DNA of 64,000 nucleotides from Amoebidium appalachense (GCA_963693365.1 CAVNZM010000013.1:4888640-4952639); one strand, 5' to 3'. Numbered from the stretch's first letter, positions 9,750-28,917 are shown. The notes: generated by a model not told the origin, from the letters alone. Made by a program: numbers and translations.

Positions 9750-12407
9750 GTATAAACCGTTTTCTGTTCTAATATTGGAGAACTGTCGATAGTGATAGAA
9801 AATGTCATTGGAAGAACAATCGGGAAGGTCATCACGTGATAGATATTTGGAAGTGATCTACTGGAAAGAGCGAAGCAACTATCTTTTCCCAGTATCCAGA
9901 TTTGGGCAAATACTGCAAGAGGTGCGTAGAGCCATTTGGATGGGGCGCTAGCCAATCCCAAATCGCAGTCACTAGTACGTACTGTGAGGTGAGATCAAAT
10001 TTAAAGGCACGTTAATGCACAAGAAGGAAGAGTATAGTTAGTTGAACAATGTCTGTGTCGAAGATAATTTGCTCCAGACCTCGTAGGGTCTCGTTTATAG
10101 CTAACGTGTATGAGCATATAGAGAAAGTGCCTGTAAGAGATGTGCCGGAAGTGGGACTCGCTACACTCTGGCAGTCTGATCATTAGGATAGCGCTAATAA
10201 GCGCTGCTGGGCCCGGGGCCTCTTAGTATTACGGCAATACTAAAATTTGACACGTGTTAAGACGAAGCAATAAAGGCTTTATCGGATGGTGTCGTGGGCC
10301 GGCCACGGCGCTGCACAGTTGCCTACTAAAGAAAAAAAAAAAAAAGAAAGAAAGAAAGAAAAATGGAAGCCCTCCTGATGATCCCGGCGAACACTGCACG
10401 ATCTCGGACAGCCCGGGCCAGTGTGACACGTCACGGGCGTTACCACCTCCCTCGAACGATTCAGACCTCGAAGATGACATCGTTATCCCTCAAAAAGTGT
10501 ATGAGAGGTCACCATTGTGCGTGCCGAAGTTGAAGGCTGAAGCATTGTACTGCGGAGCAGACTATGAGTGTAAACATGCACGTTCAAGCTCGGATGTATA
10601 CTATTCTAGCAAATAATTTGCCAGTCACGCTGCAGGCTTTTAAGAAAGACAAGGGTATATACTAAAAATAGTTTGGTGTCAAGATTTTCCTCGAAAATAA
10701 AAGCCATGCATGAATTTACCGATACGAGGAGCTCTCAAGGTGCAATTATTTTCACATTCCACGGTGATAACTAAGCCAATCAGGACTCGTCCAGGTGTGT
10801 CAACGTATGATCACGCTATACCTCCTAGCAATGGGTTCACCTAAAATTGATCAAAATCCAACATTTTTTATATGTCAACTGTCAACTATATTTTGACAGA
10901 CAACCCCCTTCAAATGCATAATTTTGACATTCAAAACACATAAATTGTTTTTTGGAGTATTTTGGCTCCGTTTTATGAGCTTTAATCCCTATATTTTACA
11001 GCTCTTTGATACTTCTTCAGAAATCACGGCGAACAAAAATGGTTTAGGCAGATTCGGTGGGGGAATAAGGGCGGCGTATTTGTAAATTAAAAAATCCAAT
11101 AATATCGTCCTTTATAATAGTCACGTGACTCACGTGCAAAGTAAAATATTTCACAATAAGCATATAATATCTCTCAAGAACATTATTTGTCGATGTTGAA
11201 AGTAAAATATCCTATAATAACCATAAATAGTAGCCATAACGGATATAAAATTGCTACATTGTTATGTTTTTGAACGTCTAGATTTTGAATCTTCTCCTCA
11301 GCCTACTAACTCTCTAGGAACCTGATTGGTTAATTATCATGCGCATTTAGAGCCCATTCCTACATGCTCTTTAGGTCTCATTGCTGCAAGTTTTCATGTC
11401 GCAGCAACAACATCATTCCGTTTCGAATTCACACCCGTTCGAACGGTTCCGTTGCAACCTTAGTCTTTTGTTTTTTTTATGTATTCCCTCAGGCTTCACC
11501 GAAGACACAACATCAGTTCGAAGGGTTTGTGTGTTAAAAGTCATTAGCGTAGTGAAATTACGGTTTTGATTAATGGTCTTGCTAACGAGCTCGTTTCAAA
11601 ACAGCGGTTGTCAAGTCCCACTTCCGAAGTTGGTGAGTTCTTCGACACACGAGCAACGCACTAAATAGAAATCTTTACGGCACGTTTTTAGGTCAACCAC
11701 TCATTTGTTTACAACTTGCCACATGTATATTTTTAACCGAGTCAAGTGAAACTCCTTATGAGAGCTGCATACACACACACCGACTCTGGTACAACCTGGG
11801 GCTGTTTCTACTGGCACGAGATTTTTATGCACTTCCCCCATTCTTGCTGGTTGCTACACATAGATTTGGTTACCAATTAGCTTTCGCGTATTGTCACTTT
11901 GAGTTGGAGTATGTAGAAGGATTAAGTTGTGACGGACCTTTCTGCTATAATTATATGGTAAAGCTGTCTTTTCCGAGGTATACTGCCCTTTCCCCCGGCG
12001 CTTCATTTTCTAGCACATAACCTCAAGATCTGTTTGTTTTGATCAGCGGTAAGTCGTCTCTTGGTTCTACGGGCCAAATAAGACCAGGCGCACAAGCTCA
12101 CCCGAAGCACAAGCTCACACAAATGAGTACAGGCGGGGCTTCCACGGTTGTTCTTGCTATACATGTTTTTGCTGATATATAAGATTTGGGATGCAGCAGG
12201 CTGCAGGCTAACAGCGGCTCTTTTTTATTTTGGGATGCAGCAGGCTGCAGGCTAACAGGGGCTCTTCTTTTACTTTTCACCCACGCTTTACATAATGCAC
12301 CCAAGCAAGCACATACACGCACATACCCTTGGGTTTTTGCATGCATCTAATACTCGTGCACACAAACACCCACCCTACACACGTGTGCGCACTTTCACAT
12401 ACATACA

Positions 12408-12438
<31 letters not shown>

Positions 12439-12498
12439 GCGCGTCACAGTACAACACGGCACGTAGGAGCGTTACCCACAGGGTCTAAGTTTTAAAAG

Positions 12499-17687
<5,189 letters not shown>

Positions 17688-18426
17688 AGTTGAAAGGATG
17701 CTTTCCGGTAATTTTTTGCCTGGATTTTAGCTGGTGGGAGGAGCTGGATGTGGAGGGGTGTGTGCTTGGGGGGAGGTCACGGTAGGAGGATGCAAATTTC
17801 TTCCTCCTTTTTTTTTTATTTTTTTTAATTGCCTTTCGGAGTTGTTTTGGTTTTGGGAAGTTCCTCCCATTTTCATCCGTGCCTACGTACTCATCGTTTC
17901 CGTGAAGTGTGCTCTGATTAGAATGGCCGGTTTAGCGGGGTTAAATTCCGTGAAACCCGGATTGGTATTGACTTTTTGGTGGCAATGTAAGGGCAATTGG
18001 GCTCGTATGTTTAGATTAAGTCACAACGGGGCCTTAAATATGGGGTTTATGAGGGGTTTGTTAATTAATGTGGCTCGTGTGGTTGGGGCTCAAATTGCTG
18101 CACGCCAACCTCAACTAGTTTAATTAATGATAATTACCGGTTAATGGTCATAAATTACGGTACATTTGTAGGTTCATTTGCAACCCTGTCAGGGTTGAAA
18201 AATAGAGTAAACGGTGCTGGAGCTTGGAGAGCAGTCCAGGCAAGTGTTACCCGGCGAATGCCAACGCTTGCTATTGTATGATTTATTTCTGATTGGTTAG
18301 ATTGTGAAGATATAAATCATTGAAAATAACAAATTGGTTTGATCATCACTGAGCCACGATGGTTTACCCTCTCTCAACCTGACAATCCCATTAACCCCAT
18401 TCCCTTTTTCGTGCCTTCCACTTATA

Positions 18427-18459
<33 letters not shown>

Positions 18460-18820
18460 ACCCACCCACCCACCCACCCCCCGCCCTCCCAGCGTTTTTT
18501 TTTTTTTTTTTTTTTTTTTTTTCTAAAAGGGGTTAAAAAAAAAAAAAAAAAAAAAAAAACGCTACCACGCTGCCCCATTGCCTCACCACCCACCCAAATC
18601 ATCTCAACGAAACTAATGTGGTATCCGTAAAGGCATTTCTTTCCATCATGACCACACCAGCCCAGTCTAGACAAAAAGCAAATACACCAGTGATCGTAAC
18701 TTGTGAGTGTAAAAAAGAAACTGTTCAATTTAAATGGAACATTGCATGACAGGCCCGGCATGTGTGTGGAAGGATATGCCATGGCCGGGGGGCCTGGGTT
18801 TGGGGGGTTTGGGGGGGGAT

Positions 18821-18874
<54 letters not shown>

Positions 18875-19389
18875 CGTCAATAAAAATGCATCAAACATTC
18901 AGGTTTGAAGTGACCAGCACATAAGGCCTGCTGCACATTCACATTCAAGCCGACATTTACTGGGCAAAGGGCAAAGGATACGTATTCACATTCGAGCCGA
19001 CATTTACTGGGCAAAGAATACGTACACGCTTATAAGTACGACATTATCTTGCTTTTTTCACATCGATATCACGCACATATTTCGGGCAGCCTACTTGTAG
19101 CCAGCAACATTGGTTCTCCAAGCCCGCTCGCTGAGCCGTTTTCAATTGCAATGATGTGCATTGCAGGTTTGCCCTCTTTCAAGGAACATCCAATGCACAC
19201 AGTGAGTATCTTGGTTGGCTGCCCGAAGTCCAATAATTAGTCTTCTACCTAAAATGGACGGGCCAGTAAGCGTTTGATTGTGGGATTCCGGGCCAGGAAA
19301 AAGAAAATTGAGTGTGGGGCTTTGGTGGTCATTCATCTGTTTACGGGATATCTTCCAAGTGGTGGGTTGTGTGTGTGTGTGTGTGTTCT

Positions 19390-19471
<82 letters not shown>

Positions 19472-20536
19472 GAAGGGGGGGGGGGGGAAGAGGGGGGGAT
19501 GGGAGGGGGGATGGGGGGAGGGCGCCGGGGTAGCTGCTTGTTATCGACATGCATCTGAGCTGGGACGAGGTGCACGGCACCAAGGCCAACAGTACTTTCA
19601 CCCAATAAGGTACTTATATAGAAAACGACGTTGCAGGATATATATATATGCGATCATGGTGTGTGGATATATATACAACGTTTTTTTTTGTTTGTTCGTT
19701 TGTTTTTTTACTTTTTCCCGTCTCTTGGTGAACCCGGCGATGACGACTGTCACAACTAGTTGCTGCGACCGAGCACTGCCGCTTCACACTCGGCGACCAG
19801 TAATTCATGCCCCTCCCCCCTCCCCCAATTGATACATAGCTGCTATGATACCGAATATTATGAAAATGCTACATGAACAAGGAACTGTCAATGGAGAGCA
19901 AGGAACTTCTCATTACGTATGTTGCCCGGCATGTTCTGTGAACCGTTAGTAATACTTTGAAATAGATTAACAAAAGGCGAACTTGGGTCTTCATATGTGT
20001 GTGTGCGACAAGTGTGTGCGTCAGCTTGTGTGCGTGCCTGTGTGTGTGTGTGCATGCGTGCATGTGTGCGTGCGGGCAGGCGGGCAGGCAGGCAGGGCGG
20101 GCGGACGGGCGGGCGGGCGGGCGGGCGGGCGGGCGGACGTGTGTGCGTGCGTGCGTGCCTGCGCGTGTGCGTGTGTGCGTGCGGGCGTGCGTGCGTGCAT
20201 GCGTGTGTGCGTGTGTGCTTTGCTGCGGGCTTGCCTGCGTGCGGGCGTGCGTGCGTGCCTGCCGCAGTATGTGTGTGTGTGCAGTGCCTGAGAAACCAGA
20301 CCACAGGAGATGGTTTGTCTCACCTGATTTTTTATATTCAGAGTACTGAAGCACAGGGTTGTAGGAGAACTTTTGATGAACACGTGCACAATTCGAATCT
20401 TTGGTGGTGCGATATGTATCGACTATGTACTGAAAGGTGTGCCATCTTTCATCATGATTTTTACTTAGAAAGATTGTAAGTTATGCGGAAAGAACATGTG
20501 CCATGCTCGTTTGCTCAGAGCTATTGTGCCCCCCCC

Positions 20537-20579
<43 letters not shown>

Positions 20580-20720
20580 ACGCACACACACACACACACC
20601 GTCCCCTTACAGCTCCCCCACGTCTCTTTCTTGAGAAAAAATCTAAAGAAATGACTCGCTATTCCTCAACTTATTCCTCCCCCTCCTACCATCCCCTTCT
20701 TTCCCCTCCCGCTCCCGCCC

Positions 20721-20766
<46 letters not shown>

Positions 20767-21599
20767 GCCTCCCCACCCCAATCACCCACCCAGTGGCACC
20801 GATTCCCCCCACATCGCTTTTGCCACCCCGAACAACTGGATTTCATTCACAATGGTTAACATATTGCAAATTAAATTAGAGCATTGAAATTGTGAAGAAC
20901 CGTGGAGGGTAAACTTGAATTCAACAGATTTAAAACGCAAGGATCGTTGAATTGTTGGGTGTATGACACGGTGTGTGTGTGCGTTCGTGCACGTGCGCGC
21001 ACAAGAGTTGCCCCCCCCCCCCCCCCCCCCCCCCCCTGTCCCTCCCCCCGTCCGTCCCCGCGCCCCCCTCCCCCCTCCCCCCTCCCCCCGGGCCCCATCC
21101 ACCCGCCCACCCTCTCTCCCTCTCCCCCTTCCCCTCCCCTGTGTGCGGGAGAGGAGGGGGGGAGAACGGATGAGTGGAGGGGGTCACTGTTACTGCCTTC
21201 AACAGGCTTGTAAGGCTCTGTTAAACACAACCGCAAGTCCTAAAATTCTAACAGCCAGTTGATGGTTCTATGCAGACTGACGAAGTTCGGTATGTAGGTG
21301 CTACCCCCCAGCCAATATGCAATGGGTGTATTTGTGTGTACATGAGTGAGAGAGTGTGTGTGGGTGTGTGTGGCCACCAGGGAAGGGGGGGGGGGGGGGG
21401 GGAGAGGGGGGGAGGGGGGGGGGGGGGGGCAGGAGGGGGGTTGCAGGAATGAGGGTAGACAACCTGAAGGGTGCCGAAAAGCGAGGGGTGGGGAGGGGAG
21501 GGGGCGAGAGAGGGGCCGGGACTGTGAAACACGTTTGCCGAAAAATTTAAACCAAGTAAAGTGCTGCATATTGATGATCTGCACCTACTTTCATATAGA

Positions 21600-22453
21600 C
21601 GCGTATCAATTTACAAGCGTCCGGTGTTTCAGCAACAATATGTGGACGGGTCGAATAGGTCGATAACTCCCAAATGCATCACCTTTAAACTTTGCCTTAA
21701 AGGGTCTGCAATGAGCTTTCTCGTCGGACTGGCAAAACGACTTGCCGTGTGGTCCCAGAGGGGATTCAACAGGCACAATGTCTGGGGCCGCCCGCCGAGT
21801 CACAAAAGGTCTTCTAGCCAGTTTATGAGTATGTTTATTCGGATGTGTGATTGTGGGAGAGAACAACCGGGTGCTGGTAAGACATACAGAAGTCGGCCAG
21901 CCTCTGTTATGATACATGTAAACTAGGCCAAGACTTCAAGCCATAACTCGAAACTGAAAAGGACAAATGGGTCATACCTAATTGACAATCCCATCCAAGG
22001 GAAACTTTTAGTAGGAGCTAAAGGAAATACCCTTGGAGGCTCTTAAGTTTTTTCTCCGTTTCACCTCCCAGAGGCCTGGTTCCAAACATGTTCTGGGTTG
22101 ATTTTGCAGGAATTTTCAATGCACACTTGGGAAGAGCAAGCGGATATTTACTCGCACACGTAACTCGCTTGCTCATCTGGCCCGTCACTACTACCCGCAT
22201 ACCCACAAGGATTGGATTCACTAGTCTATGTAAAGCAAGGCCATATTGCATGGCTTTTGAATCATTTTTTCAGCTTTTGTTACATCATGATAGGGGAGGA
22301 CTGGAAGTTGGGGCCTCTGCTCGGCACGATATCCCAAAAATGGGTAGTGTGCACATGAGCAGGGCAGGCCTCGCGAAAGATCACTGGCAGTTTGATCTAG
22401 GGTATGACATCGGCATGTCATGTATTCGATTGTGGGGAAACTAATGATTTACT
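21600..22453 (-). pseudogene. Possible highly degraded reverse-transcriptase fragment (DIRS/Ngaro-like?)
   Basis: Broken minus-strand frames give IVPSRGPNFQSSPI, FQFRVMA*SLG, IRINILINWLEDLL and MHLGVID in RT-like order; many stops and frameshifts; lacks microsatellites. Confidence 0.3.
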
Positions 22454-22758
22454 TGTCGAACAGGATAGCCATCCGGTATGCCCTGCGTTAGCGTAGCACT
22501 AGTGATCGGGAATATTCGAGATATTCGGGATAAACTGGTGGATAGGTTCACGATAGATCAGGATAGATCTAGAAGAGTCTAGAAGATTCTATTGGAGTGC
22601 TTTGATTGGTAGCGACTAGATCCATAGCGGCGGGTAGACCAATCGGGAATAGTATGTAACATTCCAGTGGGCCAGACCACAAGTATATAAAGGTCCCGGC
22701 GGGCCAGTCAATGCAAGTCAGCAAATAATAAAGTCTCACAGAGAAACCTCTAAGTTAC
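22454..22758 (+). repeat. 5' LTR of copia element
   Basis: Direct repeat of 29043-29348 with two substitutions seen (CGG/CAG, TGT/TTT) and no terminal A; contains CCAAT, TATATAAA and AATAAA. Confidence 0.95.
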
Positions 22759-22806
22759 GGTTATGGGCCCAGTACAACGCTACGATCAAGCGACTGTTGA
22801 GACAAG

Positions 22807-25735
22807 ATGGGAAGAGCAAAATGTCCAGTTCCCATGTATGAAGGAGAAGGCAAGGGCAAAATCTCCTACTCAATGTGGGCCATGCGCATGAAGTGCTTCC
22901 TCGAGGGCGAGGAATTATGGTACACGATTGAAGACGTGGCTCCTGAAGTGATAGGAGAGGACGGCGAACCGGTGGAGCAACCTCCGGTGGAGATCGACCC
23001 CTTGGATCAGAAGAAGGCGACTTCCTACCTGGTGGAGACACTAGGTGATGTACCTGCAAGCCTGTGTCGGCGAGCTATTGCCGTAGGAAATCCCAAGGAC
23101 ATATGGGATACGGTAGCATCATACGCTGCGCGCAACACAGATGAGCACAAGAGAATGTTGATTCAACAGTTCTGGCGTGCTGATATGATGCCGACGGAAA
23201 GCGTGCTGGAGTATGCGGCCCGCCTGGAGTGCATTGTGCAGGATCTTCTTCATATCCGATATCCCAATGGAGTTAGTGAGGACATGGTTGCCGAGAAATT
23301 CCTGGACGGTGTAGGCGCTGACGACCGATTCCGCACCGACGTTAGGACCATTCAAGCTTTACCAGCAGCTGAGAAGACAATGGAAAAGATAATCGCCAAG
23401 CTGCATGGTTTTGAGGAGAACGAGGCTGCAAGGGAACAGCAGCGGGTGATGATGACCAGCACCCAATGGCGCGGCGGTACGCCACGACAGGACACCGGCA
23501 AGCCGCGCGTGACTGACACATCCAAGGTGGAGTGTTACAAATGTCACAAGTTTGGGCACTACAAGTCACAGTGTCCAAAGAAGAAGAAGGGCGGCAATCG
23601 CGGCGACAAGGCGAAGCAGAACGGAGCTTCCAAGGAGATACTCGCCATGGCGGTAAACAGCGGACTCCCTTCTTCAACTGAGTGGTATTGGGACTGCGGC
23701 GCAACCTCCCATGTCACATGCCGAAAGGACTGGATGGAAGACTTCCGGTCGATCACACCCAAACCCGTCGCTCTGGGTAACACCCCGGGTGTGATGGCGC
23801 TAGGAATAGGCGTCGTAAGATTAACAAGTGAGTTCCAGGGCAACAGCATGACATTTAGACTGCAGAATGTGCTGTACGTGCCAGCATTTGGAACTAACGT
23901 GATGTCGGCTTCAAGCGCCGGCAAGCACGGGTTAAGAGGCATCACCGACGGTCGACAGTGTACGATTGAGAGTGCCACAGATGGCCAAGTTGTGGCCCGT
24001 GGGGTAGTGGAGGGAGGCCTGTATCGTCTCCTAGTGAAACCCGTATGTGAGAGCGTGAACATGGTGACCACTGCAGTCGGCAGCAGTGGGGGTAACACCG
24101 TGTGTGAGCCGGTAAAGGGCAGTGCCAGTTTATGGCACCGGCGGTTTGGTCATGTGGCAATAAACACGCTACAGAAGATGGTTAAAGAAAACATCGTCGA
24201 GGGTCTGTGCATCGACTGCAAACCCCAGGATGACGGTGTGTGCGAGGGATGCGCGAGAGGGAAGCAAGCCCGGCTCTCTTTCAGTAAGCTACCCCGCAAG
24301 ACAGCGCCAGCGAAGCTCGACAGAGTTCATTCTGATGTGGCAGGACCGTTCAACAAGGAGTCGCTGCAAGGTTCCAAGTATTATGTCACCTTCATCGACG
24401 ACAAGACAAGGTTCACTACGGTGTACTTCATGAAACATAAATCCCAAGTGCATACTTACTTCAAGAAGTACAAGGCACACGTAGAGAAGCAACACGGTGC
24501 CAGCATCAAGATTCTGCGTTCCGACAACGGGGGTGAGTACACCTCCACTGAGTTCAAGTCGTTCCTGGAAGCGTGCGGCATTGAACATGAGGCGACAGTC
24601 CCTTACACACCAGAGCAGAATGGTGTAGCAGAGAGGGCTAACAGGACCATTGTCGAGACGGCACGCTGCATGCTGCAGTCAGCAGGCATGAGTATGGGGT
24701 TCTGGCAGCTGGCAGTACAGGCAGCTGTGTACATCAAGAACCTGACGCCAACCACAGTACTGGGTGGCATGACACCTTGGGAGGCATGGTATGGAGAGAA
24801 GCCCGATGTTAGCCATCTACGTGTATTTGGTAGCAAGGCATTTGTCCATGTGCCGAAGGACGAGCGCAGGAAGCTAGACGCCAAGAGTCGGGAGTGTAAA
24901 TTCGTCGGCTACACAGGTGACAGCAAGACGTACTTGTTGTGGGACACCGAGGCGCGCAAGACTATCGTCGGGCGAGATGTGGTGATCGATGAATCATGCA
25001 CCCCAAAGGCCGGTATTCCGGTGGTGCAAGATGAGCCAATGGAATTGCTGATGCATAAGCCAATCGGAAATCAGCGGAGCTTGGAATCGAGGGATCCAAT
25101 CAGCGCCAAGAAGCAACATTCCTTTCGGAAGCCTGCAATCGGCACTGACAGTGGATATGATTCAGATGCTATCGGCGACGGCGTGGGCGAGGACAGCGGC
25201 GATTCGGACGCGGCAGGGTCAGGAGACGAGGAAGATAGTGCAGAGTTGCAGGTTGCAACCAGAAGTGCCTATCCGTCTATGACTACAAGGCGCGGTGGGA
25301 CCTACGGCATCAACGCAGGCATAGTAGAGTACCGCGACAGTATCAGCATGGCAATTGAGAGTGCTGATAGCAATGAGGATGACCCTGTGACACTGGAAGA
25401 AGCAATCTCCAGGCCAGATGGTGCAAAGTGGAAGGCTGCGCTGGACGAGGAGTACGAATCTCTAGTCAAGAATGGGACATGGTCACTGGTGCCACTCCCA
25501 CCAGGTCGTCGGGCAGTTTCCTTCAAGTGGGTCTTCAAGATGAAACGCAACGCCGACGGCAGTGTCGAGCGCTACAAGGCCCGTGGTGTGGCCAGGGGCT
25601 TCTCTCAGCAAGAGGGGATAGACTACGAAGAGACCTTTGCCCCGGTGGCCAAGTTCACCAGCTTCAGACTTCTCTTCGCTATGGCAGCGGCAGAGAACAT
25701 GCACCTCACACAAATAGATATCGTCACGGCGTTCC
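22807..25735 (+). CDS. Copia gag-pol polyprotein, 5' part (Gag, Zn knuckle, protease, integrase, start of RT)
   Basis: CYKCHKFGHYKSQC; WYWDCGATSH; LWHRRFGH…CEGC; VHSDVAGP…RSDNGGEY…NGVAERANRT; YKARGVARGFSQ. Cut by the insertion at DIVTAF. Confidence 0.95.
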
Positions 25736-27707
25736 TGTAAACAGTTGGACTAGTTAGGATAAGGCAGAGTACAACTGAATCAAAATAAAGACAGAGAACG
25801 GGTAGAAAGGCACACGCGGCCAGGTTGCTTTTACTATGGGCCGACTCAGTCTGTCTCAGACTTCACTGATGTGATCCCCGTACTGGGACGGCTTTCTTAT
25901 ATAGCCCCCAGGTTTCGGATCAAGGCCCAGGATTGGTTCATCCGCGGCCAGCGCGGGTGGCAACATGCCATTCGTGATTCTGGTGCGGTCCGAGCCAGTC
26001 AGACCTTTGTCCTATTTATGCAAACCTCTTATTGGTTCACTTCGTTTATGTGGTATGCAGCTGAAGAACCATATATGGTTCAATTCTTAGGTCAGAGTGA
26101 GTCCTATTGGTGCGGACATAATATTTATGTGATATTCATGACAAAGCACGAATCGTGTGCTAGTAGATCACATTCTTTAGTAAACATGTACAGTTCATGT
26201 GTACAGTTGTTTACACTCCCCCCCTTGTCGGGAGCCTGGTGGTGTCGTTAGACAAGCAAACCACCAGGCTGAGAGGCGATAAACAACCTTCAGCGAGAAT
26301 TCTTGTGTGTGCCGAGCTGCTGGACAGAACAGAGCAAGGACGGTGGAATAGAGTTGTGCACGTCTATGAGCACTTCTTCATTTGCCAAAACGTAAATTCA
26401 TGCGCATGTTGTGCATCCTGTGCGCTAAACTATGGGGCATGCTGTATTCGAAAACAGCAAGAAATTCGAAGCATGCATGCAAAACTACTTTCACAGCACC
26501 TTATGTCCTCAATGCTATAGGAACAGCGACTATCTTCTTCTTTAAATGCATTCGTGCTGAAAGTGGCCGTGCATCTGGCTTGCGAGTGTGGAGGTGCATG
26601 CGGTGGCATGGACACGATGACAGTGTGCAATAGCGCAATGCACGCAAGGGCAACGGTTTTATTTTCTTCCTAACATAGAGGGGGCTGTGTGCATTGCAAC
26701 CCAAGCAGTGTTGTGCATTCGTTCTTGCATTTTCGTATTTCCAGTTCATTTTGCTTTCGTTTTTCGTTTTTTGTCGTTTGATAAATTCGTTACTTCGTTT
26801 TGTTTTCGTGTTGCATTCATTTCGTATTTCCTCTATGCATTCGTTTGTCGTTCATTCTTTATTTCATTGTGTATTCGTGATGGTTCGTTTTTCGTTGGTT
26901 CATTGCTTCGTTAGCAATTCTTTATTCGTTTGTTCGTGTATTCGTTGTTTCGTTGTGTATTCGTTTTTCTTCACATTTTTGATGTGTCGTAGCAAAAGAA
27001 GTTTTACATGCTTTCAATTCTTTCCGTGTAGGTGGGCTGGCCACTTCAAACTTGTAGGTGTATATATTCTAAGCCGGACAAGGAAAGATGTGCCTATCAT
27101 CGGGGTAAAAAGGATTGTGATCGGCCATGGGAGATTCTTGAGCTGATTGAAAGATGTGAGATTCTTGAACTGATTGAAAGATGTGAGATTCGAAGGATGC
27201 GAGATTCTTGAACTGCGCGGTCGCCAATGTAAACAGTTGGACTAGTTAGGATAAGGCAGAGTACAACTGAATCAAAATAAAGACAGAGAACGGGTAGAAA
27301 GGCACACGCGGCCAGGTTGCTTTTACTATGGGCCGACTCAGTCTGTCTCAGACTTCACTGATGTGATCCCCGTACTGGGACGGCTTTCTTATATAGCCCC
27401 CAGGTTTCGGATCAAGGCCCAGGATTGGTTCATCCGCGGCCAGCGCGGGTGGCAACATGCCATTCGTGATTCTGGTGCGGTCCGAGCCAGTCAGACCTTT
27501 GTCCTATTTATGCAAACCTCTTATTGGTTCACTTCGTTTATGTGGTATGCAGCTGAAGAACCATATATGGTTCAATTCTTAGGTCAGAGTGAGTCCTATT
27601 GGTGCGGACATAATATTTATGTGATATTCATGACAAAGCACGAATCGTGTGCTAGTAGATCACATTCTTTAGTAAACATGTACAGTTCATGTGTACAGTT
27701 GTTTACA
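25736..27707 (-). mobile_element. Non-autonomous, non-coding LTR retroelement (TRIM/LARD-like, 1972 bp), antisense within the copia RT
   Basis: 480-bp LTRs at 25736-26215 and 27228-27707 with TGTAAACA…TGTTTACA termini and no difference noticed by eye; 5-bp TSD GTTCC (25731-25735 / 27708-27712); minus-strand PBS TGGCGACCGCGCAG (27226-27213); minus-strand [14 protein letters not shown] (26226-26216); no retroviral ORF inside. Confidence 0.95.
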
Positions 27708-27712
27708 GTTCC

Positions 27713-28917
27713 TCAACGGCGACATCAAGGAAGAGCTGTACATGCAGCAACCGCGTGGGTACGAGGTACCCGGAAAGGAAGACTATGTGTGTCGTTTGCA
27801 CAAAAGTCTGTATGGCCTCAAGCAAGCAGCAAGGTGCTGGAATGAGAAGATGCATGAGGCTATGGTCGATCTTGGCTTCACACGTGTGGAAGCTGATCGA
27901 TGTGTCTACTTCAAGGTCAACGGAAGTGGAAAGACGGTGGTGGCTGTGCATGTGGACGACATACTAGTGGCGGCGTCGACAGATGATCTTATTCAAGAAT
28001 TTGTCAGGCAGGTTGCGACGAAGTTCTCCGTCAAGGTGATCGGCGAGCCAAAGCTGCTACTCGGTGTGCAGGTCAGTCGTGACGCTGCAACAGGCGATAT
28101 AAAATTGTCACAGGAAACGTACATCAAGTCATTGATGCGGCGCTTCAACATGGTCGACTGCAAGGCTAAGTCAACACCGCTACCGGAGCGATGTGTGTTG
28201 AGCAAGGCCATGAGTCCGGCAAGCGAGGAGGAGAGAGTGGCGATGCGGCAAGTTCCTTATGCCAGAGCTGTGGGCTCCTTAATGTACGCAATGGTGGCCA
28301 CCCGGCCAGACATTGCACAAGCAGTGGGGGAACTTAGTAAGTTCGTGAGCAACCCGGGACTTCAACACTGGGACGCAGCCAAACATCTTCTCCGGTACCT
28401 CAAGGGGACAACCAACTACGGGATTGTCTACCGCGGAGGAGGGAGTACAACAGTGGAGGGATTCACTGACTCCGATTACGCTGGCAACTCCGACGACCGT
28501 AAGTCGACGAGCGGATACATCTTTACTGCCAATGGATCTGCCATCAGCTGGGGCAGCAAGCAACAGAAGACTGTGGCTACTTCATCTACAGAGGCGGAGT
28601 ATATGGCTACGTGCCTGGCAGTCAAAGAGGCTAAGTGGCTACGACAGCTGCTGGGGCAGCTGGGCTACGATATGAGTGAGGCGACCATCATCTACCCCGA
28701 CAACCAGGCCAGCATCAAGCTTGCAAGGAACCCGATGCTCCATAACAGGAGCAAACACATCGACGTTCAGTACCACTACACCCGTGAGTGTGTGGAGAAT
28801 GGGGATGTAGAACTTGTGTATTGCAGCACGAACAGTAACGTGGCCGACATGTGCACCAAAGCTTTAGGGAGACTTAAGTTGGTGCAGCATCGGCAGGCCA
28901 TCGGCATGGCTGAGTAA
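27713..28917 (+). CDS. Copia pol, 3' part (RT and RNase H)
   Basis: Resumes in frame (TAF|LNGDIKEELYMQQP); SLYGLKQA, VHVDDIL, FTDSDYAG, STEAEY, DNQ, KHIDVQYH. Removing the insert and one TSD restores a 1377-aa ORF. Confidence 0.95.

Noticed and set aside
8154-9772. Six overlapping 290-524 aa Pro/Gly-rich ORFs
   Set aside because: Stop-free GC-rich minisatellite open in all six frames; no evidence of coding.
9784-10300. Possible solo LTR starting TGTCGA
   Set aside because: No matching CA end with a TSD could be identified.
18181-18198. Palindrome CAACCCTGTCAGGGTTG resembling abutting hAT-like ends
   Set aside because: Partner termini and 8-bp TSDs were not found.
25871-27845. Duplicated 126/160-aa ORFs and Phe-rich ORF 26694-27146
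   Set aside because: They lie in the duplicated LTRs or antisense to a low-complexity tract, and have no protein-like motifs.
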